Assembly: GCA_018238545.1 (NCBI GenBank)
Contig: JABCTC010000064.1
Span: forward strand, 1-15,843
Length of the DNA stretch: 15,843 nucleotides
DNA from: Candidatus Heimdallarchaeota archaeon
GTDB taxonomy: Archaea > Asgardarchaeota > Heimdallarchaeia > Heimdallarchaeales > Heimdallarchaeaceae
Direction of reading: 5' to 3'
The notes beneath the pieces were generated by a model. The model saw only the letters and a program-made list of their open reading frames with translations. It ran no database searches and was not told the origin of the DNA. Positions 8,180 to 15,843 of the stretch are shown here, one piece after another; position 1 is the first letter of the stretch; the number at the start of each line of letters is the position of its first letter. Made by a program: the position numbers and the translations under genes.

Positions 8180-9163
8180 TTGAGTGAAAAATCAGTTACA
8201 ACGCTCCTTCTAAATTCAAATGAACCTGCAATTAGATTGAAAACTTATCTCTATCTCTTAGATTACGATTATGATACTTCAGAGGTAAAGAAGCTAATAG
8301 TCAATTTAAAGAAGGAATCACCTATCATATCTAGTTTATTTTCTTATCTTCCCAAAGATGAAACCAGTGAAACTTTTCATGTGTATACTAAATGGCAAGG
8401 AGTTCACTGGATTTTGGCACAGTTAGCAGACATAGGCTATCCACCTGGTGACAAAGATTTAATTCCGAGCATAACAAGAGAGATGAGCTGGTTACTTAGT
8501 GATAAACATTGGAAATCTAAACCCTTAATAAATGGTAGAAGACGTTTTTGTGCATCCCAAGAAGGAAATGGTCTTTATGCTGCTGTTTCTCTAGGTTTTT
8601 TTGATAAAAGATGTAAGCAATTAGCTGATAGGTTAATTCAACACCAATGGAGCGATGGTGGTTGGAACTGTGATAAAAAACCAACTGCAAACAAATCTTC
8701 TTATCATGAGAGTCTCATACCTTTAAGGGCTCTTAATAGTTATTTGAAAGAAGAAAAAACCCCACAATTAATCAACGCAATAGATAAAGCAGCAGAGTTA
8801 TTTCATAGAAGGAAACTTTACAAACGAATCAGTGATGGAGAAGTTATCAAGAAAAGATGGCTGTCCCTTCATTATCCTGCTTATTGGCATTATGACATTC
8901 TCTCTGCTCTCAAGGTTCTAGCAGAAACTGATAAGCTTCAAGATAGACGATGTAATGATGCATTAGATTTACTAGAATCTAAAAGATTAGCTGATGGTGG
9001 ATTTCCAAAGGAAAAAAGATATTGTCAGTCATCAAATCCCGAAACTAGTTATTTTACTCCAGCTGATTGGAAATCAGTTAATAGGAGAAAGATGAATGAA
9101 TGGGTGACAATTGATGCTCTTTTTATCCTTAAGGAAGCGAAAAGAATTGATTTAGACTATTAA
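8180..9163 (+). CDS. Prenyltransferase/squalene-cyclase-like (alpha/alpha) barrel protein, function unknown
   Basis: QW-like repeats QWSDGGWNC and RLADGGF; HYPAYWHYDILSAL. Start is likely TTG 8180 behind the SD GGTGA (8170-8174), rather than 8168 as in the track. Confidence 0.7.
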   Translation: MSEKSVTTLLLNSNEPAIRLKTYLYLLDYDYDTSEVKKLIVNLKKESPIISSLFSYLPKDETSETFHVYTKWQGVHWILAQLADIGYPPGDKDLIPSITREMSWLLSDKHWKSKPLINGRRRFCASQEGNGLYAAVSLGFFDKRCKQLADRLIQHQWSDGGWNCDKKPTANKSSYHESLIPLRALNSYLKEEKTPQLINAIDKAAELFHRRKLYKRISDGEVIKKRWLSLHYPAYWHYDILSALKVLAETDKLQDRRCNDALDLLESKRLADGGFPKEKRYCQSSNPETSYFTPADWKSVNRRKMNEWVTIDALFILKEAKRIDLDY

Positions 9164-9245
9164 CTCTTTCTCGATCTCAGCAAAATGGAATGCTTCTCTT
9201 TCTCTCTCACAATATTTAAATTTCTGATAACTCCTTATCTTATCT

Positions 9246-9932
9246 ATGGAAGAAGTAATTATTCTTAATCTGGGGTTTAACAAAATTCAGCTTCTTAAAG
9301 GAAAAAACGGTTACATACAGATGGATGCTGGTTATGGTTTTAATATCAAAAAATATCTTAAATTGTTGAAAAAAAATGGTATTAAGCAAGATGAAATTAA
9401 ACTTATCATTGTCAATCATGCCCACGCTGATCATACTGGTGGATTAAAGAAATTAAAAGAAATCACTAACGCTAAAATTCTTGTTCACGAAGAGGATGCG
9501 GATTATCTACGAAAAGTTGTCTCAACTGAAGTTGCACCACGTACTTTTTTTACTAAATTCTTGATCTGGACGATGCCAGAATCATTTAAAAACTATGACC
9601 CAATTGAACCGGATATTGTCATCAAAGATGAATATTCACTGGAAGAATATGGTGTAAAAGCAAAGGTTATCCATACACCTGGACACACCGTAGGCACTAT
9701 ATCCTTGATAACAGAAAAAGGCACTGCGTTTATTGGTTGTTGTGCCCAAGGTTTTCCCCTTAATTTATTTCCAGGATTTCCTGCAGTAGCTCAAGACATC
9801 GATCTTGTTTATTCTAGTTGGCAACGATTAATTGATGAAGGTGTAACTGAGGCATTTATTTCTCATGGAAAATCGATTAGTGTTCCTAAAATGAAGAAAA
9901 TTCTAAAGAAAAGAAGAAAGGCAAATGTTTGA
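9246..9932 (+). CDS. MBL-fold metallo-hydrolase
   Basis: DAG, HAHADH (HxHxDH), TPGHT and SHG motifs; TTTAAAT TATA box at 9215-9221. Confidence 0.92.
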   Translation: MEEVIILNLGFNKIQLLKGKNGYIQMDAGYGFNIKKYLKLLKKNGIKQDEIKLIIVNHAHADHTGGLKKLKEITNAKILVHEEDADYLRKVVSTEVAPRTFFTKFLIWTMPESFKNYDPIEPDIVIKDEYSLEEYGVKAKVIHTPGHTVGTISLITEKGTAFIGCCAQGFPLNLFPGFPAVAQDIDLVYSSWQRLIDEGVTEAFISHGKSISVPKMKKILKKRRKANV

Positions 9933-9961
9933 AAAACCAAATTTAGCATTTATTATTTCAA

Positions 9962-12900
9962 TCAATATTGATTTTTAGCTAATCCTTTTCTTACCTCTTC
10001 TATTGCCTCTTCGGGTTGGTTAATCATAATAATAAATTCATTTGTTGATGTCTGATAAGGTTCAGTTTCCATCATTGACAGTAGAATATTTATCAACATA
10101 ACTTGACTATCAAATATAGTATTAGAGCCAAAGAAACCTAATGCAGACATAAAGGAAAGAGAAACTTCTTCTTTTTCAATCCTTACCCATGGCTCATCCA
10201 TATTTGTTTGATTTATGAATGGTTTTTGGACTCTGTTTCTAATCCAATTCTTCATTCCACCGGGAACTCGAATCACATTATCACTTGTTTCACCTTTGAG
10301 CGCGATATCAGCGATCATTGCAGCTATCGTACTAACCTTTCTAGGTGTTTCATTTACATTGTCAATTTTAATGCGGATTATGTTAGAATCTGGGAGAGTT
10401 AAATATGAAATAGAGTATTTTTGCCCTTTTAAAATTTCAGATTTTTCATTGATCCATGTAGTTTTAACTCCTACCCATTCTCCTTCTGATACTTCTTCTG
10501 TTTCAGTACTCTCTAGTTCAGCAAAGGGATTTTCCTCTGAAGTATGGAACATTGCTGGTTGGATTCCACCCAAATAGTGTTCCACGAAAAATTTAGATCC
10601 AACTTTAGGGAAACTATCTAAGAGGAAAGAATTACCTTCAGAATCTTCAAGTTGAATTAGATCTCCTCCGATATTTTTTGGAACTTTAAATCTCAGATTT
10701 CCATTTTCAACCACCAATACTTCTTGTTCCTCTATCTTTTCTTCTAGGATTCTAACTTCTGAACTTCCTTTCAAAATAACTGCTAAATCAAAATCCATTT
10801 CAAATTCCCCACTTAAGTGTAATCTTACTATATCACTCGATTTTAGTGTATCATCAGGTATTGTAAGTTCAATTTCAACTGGAATTTTACTATTGGGGAC
10901 GAGCTCAGACATTTCTATTTGCTGTTGTTTGCCATCTGGTGTTACAAAAAACCCTTTCCATTTATCAGGTAAGATTAGAGATAATTTACCTGGAAGCGGA
11001 TAAGGGGTTACTGCTAATATTTCTATTATTTTTTGTATTGTTTTCCCTTTTCTTAGGATATTGCTATCTTTTAGAGTGGCAACTATTGGTGCAGTAGTTT
11101 GAACACCATACAATGATTCTTCATATGACATCTCTTTTTGTCCGATTAATTGGTTCCACCTAGTTCTTACCTCTCTCAAAGAACTATATGAATGAGCATA
11201 CCAGAGATGAACTATTGAAATTTTTTCTCCTGATTTCAATAATGTTTGTTTACTTTCCAAATCATAGAGAAATCCTTGATTAATCTTAATCTTCTCAATA
11301 TTGTTAGGATCCCATATGATAGCTGAAATATTAGCTTCTCCCATAAGTTTTCCAGCAGTCCAAGTCTCATTCCAATCTTCTGGTTTATCCGAAACAAGGT
11401 TTTGACTCATAACTGGAAATGTGGGGTCACATTCGATGTATTTGTTGTATATAGGAGTGTACACTTTTGCAAAATTCCCAATCGGATTAACATTAAGTCC
11501 ACCAGCACTTGTTGTATTCACTTTTCCTCCCGCTGCAATTGAACCTTGATGTTCAATGTTTTCCAATTCTATCCAATGTTCTACTTCTTTAACTCCTGGT
11601 GCAACACGTATATGTTTGATAATTCTTAACCCTTTAACTTGAAGGCTATTCCCTTTAAGAATCAATGTCAATTCATTTCCATTTTTCCTAACTTCATAAT
11701 CATATTTCAGTGTTCTATCCAAATCTAAACCATACGGAGGACCAATTTCAAAAGAGGATCTGACTTTAGTATCTTCTACATACCTTCTTGAAAAGAAGAT
11801 ATTTGCTCTCTCTAGTCGTATTCTTATAGCCCAATAATCTGTAATCAAAGTAAGTTTATTTTCATCTGGTCCTTGGATAACTTCTGCAATACCAGGTCTA
11901 TTTGCAACCAAAGGTAAGTTAAATTTAGGCATTGAGAATTCGTTTTCTTTTATTCTTACAATCGGTGTTGCATGTAAAGTGAATATAGATTGCTTTGTAT
12001 CCTTTGGAATCGCTAAAGGGATTTCTATACCAGTTATTTCGTCTGGTTGAATAGAGAAATCTATTTCTTCTTCCACATTTATACCATCTACATGAATGAG
12101 AATTTTACCTGAAAGATGTTCATTTGAATAATTCTTTAGATCAACATACACTTTCTTTTCTATACCTAATGGTGTATTGATATATTCTGTTGAGCTCTGT
12201 AATTCGATAGCTGGATGGATTTTACCACCAGTTGTTAATTTAATTTCATACGAATTAAACGAGAAGTTCGTTTCAATTACTTCAGAAGATCTTTGAGAAG
12301 ATTTGTGTTTTCTAGATGTGCTATCTATAATGAAACTACTGCTAACTGTAATTGTTTCCCCTTTTTTAATAGTTATAGAAGATGGGAGGTTTTCTAACCA
12401 TTTTAATCCTTTAAATTGAACAACTGTAAGTTCAAGCTCCACATCATTTTCAGATATATTTTCTATTTTATAACTCAATGAGTTCTCTATTCCCATAATA
12501 ATATAGTGAGATTCCAACCTGGATTTGATCGAGATTTTATTTCCATCTAGTACCCTTTCTATCCCAGAAAAACCCCATCCGTATCTATCAACTTCCATAG
12601 ATAATTTATCTTCCCCAACTTCGAAATTGTAAGTAAACACTTCCATCCCATCGTTTACCTCTTTATCGGGAGATTGAGTTAATTTTCTCTGAAAACAGCT
12701 ATACCAATCAGGATGTTTCTCAAACCATTCTTTTGCTAATGGATTTTGTAATATTCCTGGAATGTAATCTTGCATATACACACTTGTTTCAGGAACCCAG
12801 AATAACCCTATTTTCTTATAGAGTGGCATTGCTTCCATATTTCCTGACCATGTGTGAAGATCAACTCTAAAAATTCCTTTCTCTTTTGCAACTGCTAAAG

Positions 12901-13216
12901 CTTTCAGAAGCAATCGCTTACCAAATTTCTGACCAACGACTTTGGGATGCACCCCTAGTATACTTATGTAAGCAGCATTTCCATCTCGCCAATGAGGGTA
13001 AAGCCCACAATAGCCTACTGGATTATCTTCTGAATCTAAAGCGATTAAATCTGCGATAGCAGATGTCTTATCCAACAAGTCACGAACACGATTTTCATCA
13101 TAAGGTATTCCACCTGTAAAACCCCCTGGCCAAATCTCATTAAAATCATTGAACATTTTTGCAATCTTTTTAGCCATTGAGGAGTCATAAACTGTAATTT
13201 TACCTTTTTCTTCCAT
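9962..13216 (-). CDS. Large protein with N-terminal GNAT acetyltransferase domain and beta-rich C-terminal domains
   Basis: LGVHPKVVGQKFGKRLL (acetyl-CoA motif A) and N-x2-A-x2-LYKKIG (motif B); SD AGGTGG upstream. Confidence 0.88.
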   Translation of the reverse strand: MEEKGKITVYDSSMAKKIAKMFNDFNEIWPGGFTGGIPYDENRVRDLLDKTSAIADLIALDSEDNPVGYCGLYPHWRDGNAAYISILGVHPKVVGQKFGKRLLLKALAVAKEKGIFRVDLHTWSGNMEAMPLYKKIGLFWVPETSVYMQDYIPGILQNPLAKEWFEKHPDWYSCFQRKLTQSPDKEVNDGMEVFTYNFEVGEDKLSMEVDRYGWGFSGIERVLDGNKISIKSRLESHYIIMGIENSLSYKIENISENDVELELTVVQFKGLKWLENLPSSITIKKGETITVSSSFIIDSTSRKHKSSQRSSEVIETNFSFNSYEIKLTTGGKIHPAIELQSSTEYINTPLGIEKKVYVDLKNYSNEHLSGKILIHVDGINVEEEIDFSIQPDEITGIEIPLAIPKDTKQSIFTLHATPIVRIKENEFSMPKFNLPLVANRPGIAEVIQGPDENKLTLITDYWAIRIRLERANIFFSRRYVEDTKVRSSFEIGPPYGLDLDRTLKYDYEVRKNGNELTLILKGNSLQVKGLRIIKHIRVAPGVKEVEHWIELENIEHQGSIAAGGKVNTTSAGGLNVNPIGNFAKVYTPIYNKYIECDPTFPVMSQNLVSDKPEDWNETWTAGKLMGEANISAIIWDPNNIEKIKINQGFLYDLESKQTLLKSGEKISIVHLWYAHSYSSLREVRTRWNQLIGQKEMSYEESLYGVQTTAPIVATLKDSNILRKGKTIQKIIEILAVTPYPLPGKLSLILPDKWKGFFVTPDGKQQQIEMSELVPNSKIPVEIELTIPDDTLKSSDIVRLHLSGEFEMDFDLAVILKGSSEVRILEEKIEEQEVLVVENGNLRFKVPKNIGGDLIQLEDSEGNSFLLDSFPKVGSKFFVEHYLGGIQPAMFHTSEENPFAELESTETEEVSEGEWVGVKTTWINEKSEILKGQKYSISYLTLPDSNIIRIKIDNVNETPRKVSTIAAMIADIALKGETSDNVIRVPGGMKNWIRNRVQKPFINQTNMDEPWVRIEKEEVSLSFMSALGFFGSNTIFDSQVMLINILLSMMETEPYQTSTNEFIIMINQPEEAIEEVRKGLAKNQY

Positions 13217-13229
13217 AATTTAACCACCT

Positions 13230-13299
13230 TAATAGAAGTTCTAGGTATACCATAGATGCCCACCAAATTTATACTTGAGGGCACAAATGACCACTATTA
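13230..13299 (-). promoter_or_regulatory. Candidate structured 5' leader of the GNAT gene
   Basis: Long imperfect hairpin with several G-U pairs that form only on the minus-strand RNA; it abuts the SD. Confidence 0.4.
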
Positions 13300-13369
13300 G
13301 GAGACTAACCTTGATGAAAGTTTCACCGACATTTAAATAGGTGTCCAAAACCAATTGGTTTATTTGTTA

Positions 13370-13912
13370 CTAGTTTTTCCTTTTTCTCTTCATTACAATT
13401 GCTGCTATAATTATAACTGAACTTATCAGCCCAATTGTGAAACCATCAGAAGCATTTGCCTCTCCTATTTCTCCAGCACTAAAGTAGAAACCTCCAGTAA
13501 GAGGTTCAACGACATTTTCCATACTAAGAAAATCTTGGCTATCTGGTATCATTATTACAATTGCATTCTCGTAGATTATCTGTATATGATATCCAATTGT
13601 AGCATTCAAATCTTGAGTTAGAATATAACTTGCAGTAAAAATATTACCTTCTTGTTGCATTATTAAAGGTGAAGGATCACAGATGAATTCAGGGGCTAGT
13701 TCACAGACTAGAAGTATAAGAACATCCACATCTGTAGCATCGTAAAATTCCACAGTAACGGCCATATTTTGTTCGATATCTAATGGATTTGGAGTGTGTT
13801 GAACACTTGTAATTCCATAATCCGCAGAAGCGATAGCTGGTTGAATGCTTGAAAATATTAATATTCCAAAAAGAGATATTAGAGTTATTATGGTTGTTTT
13901 TTTCATTTTCAT
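13370..13912 (-). CDS. Membrane-anchored exoprotein (Cx7C) with GF-TM-basic C-terminal sorting-like tail
   Basis: Signal peptide MKMKKTTIITLISL...AIASA; CELAPEFIC; tail SDGF-TM-KRKRKN. Likely start is ATG 13912 (or 13906), 1 nt after the upstream TAA, rather than 13939. Confidence 0.8.
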   Translation of the reverse strand: MKMKKTTIITLISLFGILIFSSIQPAIASADYGITSVQHTPNPLDIEQNMAVTVEFYDATDVDVLILLVCELAPEFICDPSPLIMQQEGNIFTASYILTQDLNATIGYHIQIIYENAIVIMIPDSQDFLSMENVVEPLTGGFYFSAGEIGEANASDGFTIGLISSVIIIAAIVMKRKRKN

Positions 13913-13913
13913 T

Positions 13914-15215
13914 TTATACAATTCCCAAAATAAATTCAATAATTAAGTATATACCTACAATTATCATGATTACTCCACTTGCTATTTTGATAATTTTTGT
14001 AGCTGACTTCATCTTCTGCACAATTACATCTTTTGAAGATATAATTAGTAGGGTCACTCCCACCATTAACAGAATTATTGGAAGAGCAAATGCTAGATAA
14101 GCAAATACCATTTCTAGAACTGTTTCTAGAACAGATACTTGTAAACTAAATCCTAAAAATATTGGAGCATTACATCCAAGAGAGGCTATTCCATATCCTA
14201 GCCCATAAAGGAAAGTGCTGCCTAATAGTCTTAGAAGTGTAGGATCTTTTTCCTTTCCAGCTATCTTCATTTGTTGCTTTCTCAAACCACCTAATATTCG
14301 TGAGAAAGATATTTCAAAATTGGTGAACATAAGAGCACCAAAAATTATGAAGATTCCACCGATCACTGGGAGCACATAAACTACATAGGGAAGAATCACA
14401 CTTCCAGTAGCTGTTATTATTATACCGAGAATTAAATAACTCACTAGAATACCTATTCCTCCACTTAAACCTATTATTGGATAAAGAATGTATTTACTAT
14501 ACTTCTTCTTTTTTTCTTTTATTTGCTCATCTTCTTCATCTTCTTCCTCGTCTTTAGTTCTTACATCAAGCCCCAAAATATGTGCGACATAACCTGGTAA
14601 TAGTGGAAAGGCACATGGTGAAAAGAAAGATGTTATTGCAACAATAATTGCAAATCCTATGATGAACCCTTGATAGCTAGTAATATGTACCGTTTCTCCT
14701 TCTCCCGCAATTGCTTTAATAGATTCTTCTTTCAAAGTATCGAATGTTACTATTCCCTCATTTAAATATGTTATTTTACCTTCTCCATCAACAATCATTA
14801 TCGTTGGAAGAGATACAACACCATATTCCTCCATCATCCCTTCAGGTGCTTTTGCTACACTCCAAGTCATATTGTGTTCTATTGCATAATCTGAGAGTTG
14901 TTGGTCAGTCGTGAAATGATCTGTTTCTACAGAAATAATTTCTATCTTTCCAGTTAGGTTAGCATCAATTAACAAGTCTGCAAGACGAGGATACATTTCT
15001 TTACAAGGTATGCAAGTTACGCTCATAAAATCTATAACAAGAGTCTTTGGTTGGAAAGAAGTAATGTTAAACTCAATACTGTTTGTATCAGTTAGAACAT
15101 AATCTGGAGCGATACTTGTTTTAGTGCTTGCAGATTGAATTAGGAAATAGGCTCCAGCTCCTCCACCAATAATTAGAATAGAGATTATTAGAATTATAAC
15201 TTGATTCCTTTTCAC
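13914..15215 (-). CDS. TlpA/redoxin (CxxC) fused to CcdA/DsbD transmembrane domain
   Basis: N-terminal TM; APDY...VIDFMSVTCIPC...GVVSLPT (thioredoxin fold, cis-Pro motif); then FFSPCAFPLLP and SLGCNAP (DsbD-beta Cys pair); TTTATAAA TATA box at 15245-15238. Confidence 0.9.
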   Translation of the reverse strand: MKRNQVIILIISILIIGGGAGAYFLIQSASTKTSIAPDYVLTDTNSIEFNITSFQPKTLVIDFMSVTCIPCKEMYPRLADLLIDANLTGKIEIISVETDHFTTDQQLSDYAIEHNMTWSVAKAPEGMMEEYGVVSLPTIMIVDGEGKITYLNEGIVTFDTLKEESIKAIAGEGETVHITSYQGFIIGFAIIVAITSFFSPCAFPLLPGYVAHILGLDVRTKDEEEDEEDEQIKEKKKKYSKYILYPIIGLSGGIGILVSYLILGIIITATGSVILPYVVYVLPVIGGIFIIFGALMFTNFEISFSRILGGLRKQQMKIAGKEKDPTLLRLLGSTFLYGLGYGIASLGCNAPIFLGFSLQVSVLETVLEMVFAYLAFALPIILLMVGVTLLIISSKDVIVQKMKSATKIIKIASGVIMIIVGIYLIIEFILGIV

Positions 15216-15293
15216 GTTTCCAGCAGATGTTTACTACTTTATAAATCTTAAGAAAAAACAGAATTGAAAAAAATAAAGAAGAAGTAGAGATGC

Positions 15294-15645
15294 TTATCTC
15301 TTTCTTTTTCTGAAGGCTAAACCAATCGCAAAAATAGCACTTATGATGATACCAAGTGTTCCAAAAGAAGTGTTTTCAGCATTATCTTCAATGATTATTT
15401 CTACTTCTGCTATGTTGCCTGCAGCATCAATAACCTCGACTTCAATTGTATAATCTGTAGGTTCACCATCTACATAATACATGCTAAAAACAGTTGCTTT
15501 CATGTGTGTATTATTATATTCGGTGAAAGCAGCTGTTTTTATTAAGGTTACTCCTTTGTAAAGATACATATTGGCTTCAACAATTAACAAATCTTCAGTT
15601 ACATCTATGTAAACGTCAATATTGAATTTCTTGTCATCTACAACG
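15294..15645 (-). pseudogene. 3' fragment of an Ig-like surface protein with TM/KRKR tail, interrupted by an IS remnant
   Basis: The frame stays open upstream of the TTG (VVDDKKFNIDVYIDVTEDLL...) until TGA at 15665-15663 inside the IS end. No signal peptide. YTIEVEVIDAAGN is Ig-like; tail SFG-TM-RKRKR. Confidence 0.7.
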
Positions 15646-15843
15646 CACGTTATGAAACTTGGTCAAACTTACCAGAGGCTTTTTAACCGTCGTTTAGGTG
15701 GGTCCCCTCACGTGCGGTGAGGGGAAGAAGATCATAGAGGCGGAAGATAACGGCAAAAGGGCTAGTTGTTGCCACTTCATTCAATAGTCTCTGTAACCCT
15801 TTTCGTTGTTCGTTCATCCCTGAAGCAATATCAGCAAATATTT
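15644..15843 (-). mobile_element. Internally deleted IS607-family element (truncated tnpA plus right-end-like segment, no tnpB)
   Basis: TnpA fragment, a GC-rich hairpin (15703-15725), and 10-bp-spaced repeats AAGTTTGA/AAGTTTCA followed by TAACG; junction with the host gene at about 15644-15648. Confidence 0.7.
15683..15843 (-). pseudogene. tnpA: Truncated IS607 TnpA serine recombinase (5' end outside the window)
   Basis: IFADIASGMNEQRKGLQRLL matches the DxxSGxNxxRKGLxxLL pattern of IS607 TnpA. After ...PFAVI (about 15746) the expected DRL motif is missing and the frame stops at TAA 15685-15683. Confidence 0.8.

Noticed and set aside
13045-13284. 79-aa out-of-frame ORF starting in the GNAT leader
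   Set aside because: GTG start is buried in the hairpin with no clear SD, and it mostly overlaps the GNAT gene; no support as a leader peptide
9240-14100. ORFs 9240..9434, 10208..10402, 10215..10577, 13849..14100
   Set aside because: Antisense to well-supported genes
14501-14556. TCT/TCA-rich low-complexity run
   Set aside because: Encodes an acidic/basic loop of CcdA; not a true tandem repeat
1-15843. Composite transposon or cargo island bounded by the two IS pieces
   Set aside because: The two elements are from different families, share no visible ends, and the intervening genes look like ordinary chromosome
1-15843. CRISPR array, tRNA/rRNA, or selenocysteine read-through
   Set aside because: No repeat-spacer periodicity or recognisable RNA gene seen by eye; the redox motifs use ordinary Cys codons

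Overview
AT-rich archaeal window, most likely Asgard (Heimdallarchaeia-like). This assignment is an inference from the Rab-like GTPases, TATA-box/leaderless gene starts and GF-TM-KRKR sorting tails. Both ends contain mobile-element sequence missing from the ORF track. The left end is a solo IS200/IS605 (IS1341-type) tnpB (945 to <1, minus) with Gly at the canonical RuvC-II Glu position. The right end is a truncated IS607 serine-recombinase tnpA joined to a right-end-like segment, which interrupts a surface-protein gene. Between them lie: two tandem 183-aa Rab-like GTPases (one canonical, one switch-degenerate), an AbrB-type regulator divergent from a TauE/SafE permease, an MFS transporter, a K+-independent membrane pyrophosphatase, a putative alpha/alpha-barrel protein, an MBL-fold hydrolase, a 1084-aa GNAT protein, a thioredoxin-CcdA/DsbD fusion and two paralogous membrane-anchored Cys-containing exoproteins. 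The best candidates for novelty are the Trx-CcdA/paralogous exoprotein redox module, the GTPase/pseudo-GTPase pair, the IS607 remnant end and a structured leader before the GNAT gene.
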